Source: Thermoplasmata archaeon
Lineage (GTDB): Archaea > Thermoplasmatota > Thermoplasmata > Lutacidiplasmatales > UBA184
Assembly (NCBI GenBank): GCA_021828665.1
Contig: JAJZDH010000001.1
Location: 1 to 49,718 of the forward strand
Direction: 5' to 3'
Length of the DNA: 49,718 nt
A program made the position numbers and the translations under genes. Each line of letters starts with the position of its first letter. Position 1 is the first letter of the stretch. Positions 25,001 to 32,661 of the stretch are shown in pieces. Below the pieces are notes generated by a model. The model saw only the letters and a list, made by a program, of their open reading frames with translations. It did no database searches and had not been told where the DNA came from.

Positions 25001-28000
25001 GGAACGAGCCGGATGGTGCTCTCGTTGATGTAGGGCGCCGAACCGTTCACCGTCAGGAAGCCGGACCAGGGGTAATAGACCCCCGTATAGGTGACATTGA
25101 ACGAGTACGCTCCCACACCGAGGGTGAAGTTGAACTGGCCGATGTCGGAGATCGAGCTCGCCACGGTGACGGGCGTCCCGCCGCCCACGGGGTCCAGGCT
25201 GATGGTCGCCGAGGGGACTCCGAGTCCGGTGGAGTTGTCCACAATGAACCCGTAGACATACGCCGCCGAACCGTTCGTCGCATGCGGCCGGGACGCCGGG
25301 AGTCCCGCCGATCCCAGAATCGGCCGAAGGACGATCGTCGTGGCCGTATACGTCTGGCCCGGTTCGGTGACGTTGACCCAGGTGCTGTTGCTGAGATACC
25401 CGGGAGCGTTCGCCACGACCATGTACCCGCCGATCGGCAGATGGGCGGCAGGCAGCAGCGCGAAGTAGCTGCCGTTGGTGCTCGTCAGACCCGATCCGAT
25501 GATCGGCAGGCAACCGACCCCCTTGTTGGAGATCGGGCACACCTGGGCGGAGGAGGTATTGAGAGAGTACCCGTTGGGTCCGACCACCCGTCCCTCCAGA
25601 TAGGATTCCGGGGTCAGATAGATGGTCCGGGCATGGACGATCCCGGACCCGACATAGACCCACGTAAAATTGACCAGGAAATTCGGGGACGCGGCGTGCA
25701 CCAGAACCCAACCGGGAAGCGCCGTGATGGCATACGCCCCCGCCGCATCGGCCACCGTACCCCCGGAGGGTTCCGTATTGAGGCCGGCGGCGGAGAGGGA
25801 GACGGTGACCGCACCGGGTAGCGGCTCCCCGGTGAGGGCATCCAGCACCGTGCCGGTGATCTCGGCGCCCGTCAGATTGATGGAGGTGGCGTGGCGCGGG
25901 CTCGCGAGGTCCAGAGGTAGTGGAAGCTGGCTCCACACTCCGGGGGGCACGTACGCTACCGTGGAGTTCGAGGTGGACGTGAGTCCGGTGATGCTGATGA
26001 GGGAAGGGCCGGGGACCACCGGCACGCAGAAGTAGTAGTACGTTGCCGGACAGCCGGCGGGGTCCTCGTCCACATGCTGATAGTAGATGGTGATGTTGTT
26101 TTGGAGGTAGTACGTGTTGCCCGGCGCCGTCGCTCCGCACCAGCTGAGCTCGTCCGTCGAGCAGTCCGACGCACTCCACAACGCCGTCGAGGGGGCCACA
26201 TTCCCCAGAACGTAGGTTCCCGGCGTGAGACCCACGGAGCCGATGTTCAGGATCCGGTCCGGGGTCGCATTGATGTACGACCAGTTCCCGGTCACCGGTA
26301 GATCGCCGGGGATCGGCCAGGTCGGGATGGGCGGGTGGCAGGTCCCGGTGTCGTCGGGAAGGATATTGATCGAGTTCCGGAGCGGGGCGGCGATCATTTC
26401 GACGGTGTTATTCAGGTTGCCGCACCCCTGGCCTCCTTGGCACTCGGAGTTGGTCATATTGTAACCGCCGAAGGTATTCTGGGTCACCTGCGAGAACTTG
26501 AATCCGTCCAGACTGCACACGGTCTCGTACACGAGACCGGTGCCCCACTTCGCGATCGCGTTGGCCGCCGCCTTCGCGTAGGTCAGGGTGGGCGTCAGCT
26601 CGACGATTCCGTTCTGGATCAGGTTGATCCGGCCCATGTTGTAGGTATGGCCCGGCGCGAGTTCGGGGACGGTGATGTAGGTGGTATTGGAGATGTATCC
26701 GGTCGCATAGAACGTGATCAGATCCGGCGCCGCGGGGGCGATCGCGATCGGGGAAACCGGACCGGGAGAGCCGGGAAGTACGGTGACCGACCCTTCGTTG
26801 AAGCAGACCCCCGTGTTGTCGCGCTCGCAGGCCCTGATGGCGGCGAACGCAAAGAACGAGCCCAACCAGTTGTAGATCTCCTTTCCCGTGGTCGAGCTGT
26901 AGAGAGTGGCCGTCACCTTGACTCCCAGCTGGAGATACATCACATTTCCGCCGCCGATCCCCCAGTTGGTGGAATCCACCTGGCCGGGCTGGAGGTCGAC
27001 ATAGACATTGCTCGGGAAATAGAGACCGTTTCCCTGCACGGGCGTGAACGTGACCTCAGATGGCCCCGGAGGGACGAAGGTGCAGAAGTGTCCGGCCGAA
27101 TTCGTGTACGCCGAGGGTGACGCAATGATCCGCCCGTCCCGGCTCTGGCCGACCGCCTCGATATCGGCTACCGGTTCGTGGCCGGGATCGGCTCCCTCGA
27201 CGTAGCCGCAGATGCTGGCGTCCGGCACGAGAAAGATCGTGCCGACATCGTAGTTGCTTCCGGCCGAGATGTTGGTGAGCAGGGTGTAGTTGTCCAGGTA
27301 ACCTCCCGCCGTCACCTGGATCTGATCGGCCGGGACCAGCACGACGATCTTGAAATAGCCATTTTGGGTCGTCGTACCCGGGGCGCAGGTGGTCGTCGGA
27401 CAGGACAGGCCGACAGGGTAGGCTTGAACCGCGGCCCCCGGTACCGCAGTGACCGCGCCGTTGACGAGCGTCTTCACATATCCCCACGCCGTCGCCGTCT
27501 GGAGATTGGTCGTCGCGGCGCGGACCGAGGAAGCCTGGGTTCCGCTACCGGGATGGGCCGACGGGGCTTGGAGAACCCCCCAACCGGGCTGTCCGCTCGC
27601 GTTGGTCACATTGTTCCAGATGTTGAGCTGGAGGCCCGTGGGGTGGGGGAACAGGGAGGGAGTTGCCGCCAGTGTTTGGGAGGTGACCAGCGGCTCAGAT
27701 TGGGGATCTTGCCCGATATTGACCTGGGAGGGGCGAAGACCTGGACTGGAGGTCGGCCCGGAAGCGGCGACGTCCCGGAGGGCCGCGTTGCCTCCCGCTC
27801 CTGCACCGAGCCCGCTCGAGGTATTCGACGTCGTGCTTCCGGCGAACACCGAGATCACCGAGAGCGGGGAGAGGATCATGAGGGCGCCCACGCCCACCGC
27901 GAGGGCGATCGCCACGGCCCGCTGCCCCCGGTTCCACGGCACGAACGGGAGGCGGCGGCCGGTGGGGAACCGTTCGGTCCCGTTGTTCGTCAAACGATCT

Positions 28001-28026
28001 CCGAGGCCTTTCGCGGCGGCGCCCAT
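22018..28026 (-). CDS. Giant membrane-anchored surface protein, 2002 aa, built from >=14 CarboxypepD_reg/PEGA-like beta-sandwich modules
   Basis: Internal ATG at 28026 (MGAAAKGLG...AVAIALAVGVGALMILSPLSVISVFAG) lies 25 nt downstream of a consensus TATA box. The module signature G-x-(V/I)-x-D-x-x-(T/S)-G-x-P-(V/I)-x-x-A-x-V recurs, for example GTVLDALTGEPLPGAVTV, GFIVDNSTGLGVPSATISL, GTVVDSALGVPVYGASATV, GLISDGLTGAPISQARIVV and GLVVDSLTGAPIANASVVI. C-terminal TM is GSALLLAGIAAIGVVAYLGLG. Confidence 0.9.
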   Translation of the reverse strand: MGAAAKGLGDRLTNNGTERFPTGRRLPFVPWNRGQRAVAIALAVGVGALMILSPLSVISVFAGSTTSNTSSGLGAGAGGNAALRDVAASGPTSSPGLRPSQVNIGQDPQSEPLVTSQTLAATPSLFPHPTGLQLNIWNNVTNASGQPGWGVLQAPSAHPGSGTQASSVRAATTNLQTATAWGYVKTLVNGAVTAVPGAAVQAYPVGLSCPTTTCAPGTTTQNGYFKIVVLVPADQIQVTAGGYLDNYTLLTNISAGSNYDVGTIFLVPDASICGYVEGADPGHEPVADIEAVGQSRDGRIIASPSAYTNSAGHFCTFVPPGPSEVTFTPVQGNGLYFPSNVYVDLQPGQVDSTNWGIGGGNVMYLQLGVKVTATLYSSTTGKEIYNWLGSFFAFAAIRACERDNTGVCFNEGSVTVLPGSPGPVSPIAIAPAAPDLITFYATGYISNTTYITVPELAPGHTYNMGRINLIQNGIVELTPTLTYAKAAANAIAKWGTGLVYETVCSLDGFKFSQVTQNTFGGYNMTNSECQGGQGCGNLNNTVEMIAAPLRNSINILPDDTGTCHPPIPTWPIPGDLPVTGNWSYINATPDRILNIGSVGLTPGTYVLGNVAPSTALWSASDCSTDELSWCGATAPGNTYYLQNNITIYYQHVDEDPAGCPATYYYFCVPVVPGPSLISITGLTSTSNSTVAYVPPGVWSQLPLPLDLASPRHATSINLTGAEITGTVLDALTGEPLPGAVTVSLSAAGLNTEPSGGTVADAAGAYAITALPGWVLVHAASPNFLVNFTWVYVGSGIVHARTIYLTPESYLEGRVVGPNGYSLNTSSAQVCPISNKGVGCLPIIGSGLTSTNGSYFALLPAAHLPIGGYMVVANAPGYLSNSTWVNVTEPGQTYTATTIVLRPILGSAGLPASRPHATNGSAAYVYGFIVDNSTGLGVPSATISLDPVGGGTPVTVASSISDIGQFNFTLGVGAYSFNVTYTGVYYPWSGFLTVNGSAPYINESTIRLVPLGYLRGRIVVDPWRNVVTISEGIGVQTLVTVASHNHEITSLGETDSGGFFNISAVNSKADLVFSVPSGGGQGSARQGFLENDTVWNTTKNGSLPFLVMGNVIYTAFTGVVRDGSTNNATPVRFGSIALTVATPNFAVFTYTEALGGGGEYTIFMPPGNITNGLTPASQVSAYMPHNFSYRFPLAWFANNLSLLENISASAVWLLPKISLAHFGWLNFQVDASVAAFGGTSSVVPYAVATATVITKNDSVVSGASAVADGHGFVNMTAPIGRNLTLTVAAPDFNGTVVENISVNESATTFVNGSSAQIGSILLQPWGWVWGTVVDSALGVPVYGASATVSNPNGSGTVGIISNGAGFFMSDAPPGAVDQVSVTLNGYLTNNTRVKVGVGELGNLTPLNLTGLGVVAGRIFVYPGNVPLYGATVSVCPIASPTCQNSNVTTNGTGYFWVVADPGRDTIAISAPGYSENTTPGTILVRSDVWEWAGNFVIDQYATVTGTLLGDPSGLPVVGANVSMCSAIALPGQPTGPCFVTVLTDSIGQFELSVPYGNYILALNATGYNATYLSLSLGPGEYASIGTIFLEALGTVQGTVFGQDTNAPVVGALVQACERWSVGNCTGNVPVSASGAFSLSGPPGPYVLVVAGPNYQDAYVHVVLLAGIVTTIFTIFLIPTGTNLLYSVQGSVVGGENSTPLDGAVVTAGSNFATATNASGGFVLSIPWGVYVLTAEQNGYSAESRTITVHADLSGIEFALPQTVYTVSGLISDGLTGAPISQARIVVGGTQLASSGPTGSYSVALPNGTYTITVSPPVTASNAGGYGTVNISVGISGAAVTRNILLYPGSTEISGLVVDSLTGAPIANASVVISGATEDGLPVSEGTLFTTAQGTFSARVYFGTYRINVSAAGYLPNFSPVVAKSSAILPATLALTPVSATATSGSGGFTLGSALLLAGIAAIGVVAYLGLGPWRTESGWSPPATNPSPQRLDGNKSTVQGGSP

Positions 28027-28051
28027 CGTGGGTCCCACGACCGCGATTTCA

Positions 28052-28059
28052 ATTATAAA
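28052..28059 (-). promoter_or_regulatory. Archaeal TATA box (TTTATAAT) with upstream purine-rich AAAGG (BRE-like) for the 2002-aa gene; geometry implies a leaderless or near-leaderless mRNA
   Basis: Minus-strand reading is ccAAAGG-TTTATAAT-tgaaatcgcggtcgtgggacccacg-ATG. An 8-nt all-A/T box stands out in a very GC-rich context. There are 25 nt between the box and ATG 28026. Confidence 0.65.
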
Positions 28060-28549
28060 CCTTTGGCCGACGTAGTGGCGTACTCTCGACGGAGGACGTG
28101 CCGTACGTCGATCCGGTCGGCAACCCCCTTGCCGGCTTCCCAAATCCAGGATCGGGCCGGTCCGATCGGACACGGGTCACCGAGCCGGGGGAGGCGGCAC
28201 GCAAGCGGGCCGATGGGAGGCCGGAGGGCGCGGGCCCGGCCCACTTCCGTTCGCGCCGAAGTCGGACCCGGGGATCGGACGGGCCCGGCACCAAGGGAAC
28301 CGTCCGGTGAACCCGGCCCGACCGACCCGCGGCCGTTCGGTGGCCCCGGAGGAATGTTCCATCGGCCCACGGGAGGGGGGCCGTTTGCCGGCATCCGCCA
28401 AGGAGATCCGCGCGGCGCTTCGTTCCACAAGCGGCCGTGGATCCCCAGACCCCCCGCCGAGGAACGATCGGGACTGGGACTCCGGCGACATCGGCCGGGC
28501 GACCGGTTCGAAAGGAATAAGCGATGGGGGAGTTTCGGCCACCGGACCC

Positions 28550-29215
28550 ATGACCGAGATCCTTCCTGGGATTCACCAGATCGAGAACATCGATCCGTCG
28601 CCGGAGTTCACGACCCACGTCTATCTCTTGAAGAACCCGAAGAACGGCCACACCCTCATCGACAGCGGCCTTCCGGGGTCGGAGAAGGCGATCCTCGCGC
28701 ACCTGGACCGCATCGGCGTGCGCCCCCACGAGGTCACCTCCATCGTGGTCACGCATCTCCACAACGACCACACGGGCTCGCTCGTCGCGCTGAAGCGGCT
28801 TACGGGCGCCACGATCTACGCCCACTGGCTGGAAGCGGCGTTCATCGCCGGCCATCCACGCTACGATGGGCGGGGGATGCCGCCCGACCATCCGATCGAC
28901 GTGGACGTCCGGTTGCGGGACGGGGAGCTTCTTCCCGCGGCCGGTGGCTTGGTCGCCTACCACACCCCGGGGCATACTCCCGGGCACACCGCGTACTACC
29001 TGCCGGAACGCCGGATCCTCTTTTCCGGGGACCTCTTCTTCGGGACCCCGGCGCTGGCCCTCACGCCTCCAGAGTACACCCACCACATCCAGAGCGCCCA
29101 GATCTCGGCCCGCCGGATCCATGAACTCCGACCGGAGGCGATCCTGAGCTACCACGGGGGACCGTTCCCGAAGGGCGCAGGCCCCCTGCTCGCCCAGCTG
29201 CTGCCCCGGATGTAG
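28550..29215 (+). CDS. MBL-fold metallo-hydrolase (beta-lactamase superfamily), 221 aa
   Basis: Internal ATG at 28550 (MTEILPGIHQIEN...). Metal-binding motif THLHNDHTG, downstream HTPGHTPGH, and the typical LIDSG start of the fold. The upstream part of the track ORF is Arg/Pro-rich. An AAAGGAATAAG box lies about 30 nt upstream. Confidence 0.85.
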   Translation: MTEILPGIHQIENIDPSPEFTTHVYLLKNPKNGHTLIDSGLPGSEKAILAHLDRIGVRPHEVTSIVVTHLHNDHTGSLVALKRLTGATIYAHWLEAAFIAGHPRYDGRGMPPDHPIDVDVRLRDGELLPAAGGLVAYHTPGHTPGHTAYYLPERRILFSGDLFFGTPALALTPPEYTHHIQSAQISARRIHELRPEAILSYHGGPFPKGAGPLLAQLLPRM

Positions 29216-29250
29216 GCGGGGGCGCCCCCCCCCGCGCCCGGCTCCCGGGA

Positions 29251-29325
29251 TGGGACTGGCCAGATTCGAACTGGCGTCTCGGAGTCCCGAACCCCGAAGG
29301 ATGGACCAAGCTACCCCACAGTCCC
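29251..29325 (-). tRNA. tRNA-Pro (anticodon CGG), no encoded CCA
   Basis: The reverse complement reads GGGACTG TG GGGT AGCTTGGTCC ATCC TT CGGGG TTCGGGA CTCCG AGAC GCCAG TTCGAAT CTGGC CAGTCCC A. It has a 7-bp acceptor stem, a 5-bp T stem with a TTCGAAT loop, and a 5-bp anticodon stem with loop TT-CGG-GA. The D/anticodon junction is one nt longer than canonical in my hand fold, so the fold should be confirmed. Confidence 0.85.
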
Positions 29326-29359
29326 TTGGAGCCGGAGCGCGTCCGCCCACCCGCGAGCC

Positions 29360-29369
29360 GATATATGAA
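29360..29369 (-). promoter_or_regulatory. TATA-like box (TTCATATATC) upstream of tRNA-Pro
   Basis: This is the only A/T-rich patch in the flank. It sits about 35 nt upstream of the mature tRNA 5' end at 29325, which fits an archaeal promoter with a short leader. Confidence 0.55.
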
Positions 29370-30402
29370 CGTGTAGGCGGTCGGCTCCATCTCGGGTCGC
29401 CGGCCGCATCCCCCCTTCGGGTCTCGGTCGGCGTCGATCCTCGCCGACTCCGATGGGCGCCGCCTTCCCCGTCGGAAACGGCCGGGCCCCACCGCCACCG
29501 GATCCGAAAAAATCCTCGGGAACTCCTCCTCGGGCTTGTGGGGGGTTCGCGCCCCGACCCGGACCGCCTCCACCGCCGGTTCGGGGAGCCTCCTGGCAAT
29601 CTTCCTCGGCGAGGGCCGGGGACTCCCGACCTCCCGCAGAAACCCCCGACCACGATCCCTGCCACCACCGACGTCCGCCGGCAGCGGCCGCCCCCCCCTG
29701 GGCCGGAAGGGCCGGAGGGGAGTCCTCCCGCCCGGCAATCCGCAGGAGATGCGGATTCGTGGGGACCGGTGGCCCCGGACCGAAGGACCGCGAGGAGGGC
29801 GCGGCCGGGAACCCCCCGGCGCCGGCCCGGGAAGGGTGCGGGACCCCCGCGAAAACCCGCGCCCCGCCGCCGACGCCGATGCCTCGGGAACCCGAACCGC
29901 AGGGTACCCTTGGTCCGGGCCGATGCGTTGGAAGGGGTGGCGGCTTCCGGAGGAGGCGTCCTACGGCCGGGTCCGTACCGGGGCCGTCACGACCGCCCCG
30001 CGATCGACCGTTCCTCTCCTCGACCGGAAGGCGGCGTCGTCGACCCCTCGTCCCCTGGGACCGGAGGAAACCGGGGCCGGGGAGCCCCCGGGAGGGGAGG
30101 GGCGCCGGGGCCGCGATCCTCCGGAGCCGCCCGGCGCTCCGCCCCGAGGGTCTCGACGCCGGGGACGACCCCAGCGCGCCCCCGACAGGCGTCGCGGACG
30201 GCCGAGCCTTCCGGGGCGGGGGACCGGAACCGGAGCCCTCCGCGCAACTCTCCCCCGTCGGTGGTGTTTCCGACCACCCCCGTGGCTTCAAGTAGCGCGG
30301 CCCCGGTCCATCGTCCCCGTGCCGACCGGCGCGCCGCTTCCCGGACTCCCCGAACATCCGCAGATCTCCTGGTCGATCCCCGGGCTCCGGGAGGACCCCA
30401 CC

Positions 30403-31638
30403 ATGTGCCTGAGATGCCGCGCCGCCCAGATGCTCTGCGGCAAGCCGGTCTGCCCGATCCTCCTCCGCCACGAAGCGCTCCTCCGGACCCTCCCGTTCGG
30501 TGCGGGACGGGAATTCGCCGGGAGTTCCCCCCCGGCGCTGTTCGTGGGACGGTATGGGTACCCGAAGGTCTCTGTCGGCCCGCTGCTGAGCTCGAACCAC
30601 GGGGACACGCTCGTGTACGACACCCCCGAGGAGTGGGTGGGCCGCTCCGTGGCCGAGGTGGTCGGGTTCCGGATGGGGCTCATCCGGGGCACCCGCCCGA
30701 TCCGGGTCACGGAGGCGGAGGCGCCGGGCCGGGAGGCCGAGGAGCTCCAGCTCCTGGCGTTGGCCGCAGGCAGCGCCGAGGCCGAAGCGACCTTTCGCCG
30801 CCCTCCCCGCGGCCGCCTGACCCTCTCCGACGGAGCTCCCCCCACCGGCCCTTCCGCACCGATCGAACGGATCCGCCTGGAGGTCGGCCGCGTCGATGAA
30901 CGGATCGACCGGCTCTACCGGGATGGCCACGCGAGCGCCCGCACCGCCGTCCGGGAACTGTACGACCGGAAGGTCCCGGTCAGCCGGATCCAGAAGGCGC
31001 TGAGCGCCGGCACCCTGGGCCGGAGGGGACACCGGAGATTCGTACCGACCCGGTGGTCCATCACGGCCGTCGACGACCTCCTCGGGAAGGAGAACCTCGA
31101 ACGGGTGCGGAGGTTGCCGGAGCTCGGGGAGATCCGGGTCCAGACGCTCGAGGCGATCGGGAACCGCTGGATGGTGGTCCGTCTGCCGGGCGCCTACCGG
31201 TACGAATCCATCGAGGCGTGGTATCCCGAGACCTTCTGGAACCCCCATCCCTCCCGGATCCTGATCCTGGGGGACCGCGAGGGGTTCCGGGGGCGTCGGA
31301 ACTACGCCTCGATCGGGGGATGCTACTACGCTGCGCGGCTCGCCTGCTCCGAGGCGATGCAGCGGGACGGGCGCCAGGCCGGCGCCCTGGTCCTCCGGGA
31401 GGTCCATCCAGGCGAGATCCTGCCGCTCGGGGTATGGAATGTCCGGGAGCACGTCCGCGCCACCCTCCGCCGGCCCGCCCGCTCCCTAGGGGACATGGAG
31501 GAGCTCCTGTCCGAGATCGGCCGCTTCTTCGCGATCCCCGTCGACCGGTGGGTCCCGGCGAGCGCCCTCCTCCGGGAAACCCGCGTCCAGCGCCGCCTCG
31601 AGGATTTTGCGCCGGCGGAGCTCCACCCCTCCGCGTGA
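30403..31638 (+). CDS. nreA: Archaeal DNA repair protein NreA (Nre family), 411 aa
   Basis: Internal ATG at 30403 is preceded by GGGAGG with an 8-nt spacer. The N-terminus MCLRCRAAQMLCGKPVCPILL is the Cys-rich start typical of the Nre family. It is followed by FVGRYGYPKVSVGPL and a conserved C-terminal half (RFVPTRWSITAVDD, GGCYYAARL, LPLGVWNVRE). The 289 in-frame codons upstream are Arg/Pro/Gly-rich and judged non-coding. Confidence 0.85.
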   Translation: MCLRCRAAQMLCGKPVCPILLRHEALLRTLPFGAGREFAGSSPPALFVGRYGYPKVSVGPLLSSNHGDTLVYDTPEEWVGRSVAEVVGFRMGLIRGTRPIRVTEAEAPGREAEELQLLALAAGSAEAEATFRRPPRGRLTLSDGAPPTGPSAPIERIRLEVGRVDERIDRLYRDGHASARTAVRELYDRKVPVSRIQKALSAGTLGRRGHRRFVPTRWSITAVDDLLGKENLERVRRLPELGEIRVQTLEAIGNRWMVVRLPGAYRYESIEAWYPETFWNPHPSRILILGDREGFRGRRNYASIGGCYYAARLACSEAMQRDGRQAGALVLREVHPGEILPLGVWNVREHVRATLRRPARSLGDMEELLSEIGRFFAIPVDRWVPASALLRETRVQRRLEDFAPAELHPSA

Positions 31639-31669
31639 ACGGGCGATCCCCCCGTGCGGAGCCCGGTGG

Positions 31670-32602
31670 TCATCCGTACTGGGGATTGCCGCACCGCCCG
31701 CAGAACCGGTCGTCCGGCGTGAGAGGGGCGCGGCAGCGCGGGCAGGAGGTCGCCCCCGAAGGGGCGCCGCAACCGCGGCAGAACCGGTCGGAAGCGGATG
31801 CCGGTCGGCCGCACTGCCCGCAGGGCTGGAGCTCCGTCGCTTCGAGGGGAGCCGGGCCCCCTCCGGTCGGCCGGGGGGCCGCGGGACCGTGGGCCCCTTC
31901 GACCGTGGGGTCGGGGGGAGCCCCCTCCGGGAACGCGACCCCCTCGACCGTTCCCCCGACCGTCCGACGGCCCTTCAGGCCGAGCTTCCAGGCGGTCGCG
32001 TAGTCGCCCCGGGCGTAGGCCCGGAGCCCCTCATCGAGTTCCGCGCGGGCGGCCGCCCTCCGTTCCTCCCCCCCGGGGTCCCCTGCGGCCCGGGCCATCT
32101 CCCCGGCCAACAGGTTCAGCGCGAATCGGGCCTCCGCCTGGTGGGCCGGAAGACGGGACCCGGGCAGGGGCACGATCCCTCCCCCGGCATCGTCGCTCTC
32201 CGGTCCGGCCGGGCCCGTCGGCGGCTCCGAAGCGCCGTACGACGGTCGGGCCCCGGGGGCGTTGGATTCCGGCCGACCGGCCAGGAAACGGCTCCGGGCC
32301 GCGGCGGTGTGGAGGAGCGCCTCCGAGGGATCGCCCCGCCGTTCGGCCGCCTCGGCCCGGCCGAGCTCCTCCCGGAGCGCCGTCACCCCGGCCCCCTGCC
32401 GCTCGAGCCGGTCGATGGTGGCCCGGAGGAAGCGGATCTGGTTGAAGGCGCGATCCTCCTCGCTCTGGGTGGTCTCGGCGTGCCGCCGGGCGGCGGCCTG
32501 ACGTTGCCGGAACCGGTACAGGACGTAGACGAGGACCACGACGACGACGCTCAGGACGAGGAGCGTGGGGACGAACAGGGGCGAATTCCCTAGGATGGCC
32601 AC
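31670..32602 (-). CDS. Membrane-anchored protein with C-terminal double zinc-ribbon (DZR-like), 310 aa
   Basis: GTG start at 32602 is the first start after an in-frame TAA. N-terminal TM is LFVPTLLVLSVVVVVLVYVLY. A helical/charged middle precedes a C-terminus with four CxxC pairs (CGQCG...FCRGCG...CPRCR...FCGRCG). Confidence 0.7.
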   Translation of the reverse strand: MAILGNSPLFVPTLLVLSVVVVVLVYVLYRFRQRQAAARRHAETTQSEEDRAFNQIRFLRATIDRLERQGAGVTALREELGRAEAAERRGDPSEALLHTAAARSRFLAGRPESNAPGARPSYGASEPPTGPAGPESDDAGGGIVPLPGSRLPAHQAEARFALNLLAGEMARAAGDPGGEERRAAARAELDEGLRAYARGDYATAWKLGLKGRRTVGGTVEGVAFPEGAPPDPTVEGAHGPAAPRPTGGGPAPLEATELQPCGQCGRPASASDRFCRGCGAPSGATSCPRCRAPLTPDDRFCGRCGNPQYG

Positions 32603-32661
32603 GGACCGGGGGCCGGTCCGGAGGGGACCGGCGTCTCCGGTGAAGTAGGGGGGAGCCCGTA

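Noticed and set aside
29251-29325. tRNA-Pro as an integration site for a mobile element (which could explain the adjacent surface-protein island or the GC-rich gap)
   Set aside because: No integrase, recombinase or transposase ORF in the window. I could not find a direct repeat of the tRNA 3' half. The only near match (gggactggga near 28470) is 8 nt and insignificant.
29699-29730. Possible SRP RNA helix-8-like GGAA loop (GGCCGGAAGGGCCGGAGGGGAG) in the GC-rich gap
   Set aside because: Only a short resemblance to the SRP GGAA tetraloop context. The flanking conserved SRP and RNase P motifs were not found by eye. This needs covariance-model scanning, so it is not called as a feature.
29453-30295. 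280-aa ORF (and 29250..30899, plus the upstream 289 codons of 29536..31638) in the GC-rich gap between tRNA-Pro and nreA
   Set aside because: It is Pro/Arg/Gly low-complexity with no SD or TATA and no recognisable fold features. I treat it as non-coding, but the region is reported as a finding because its nature is unresolved.
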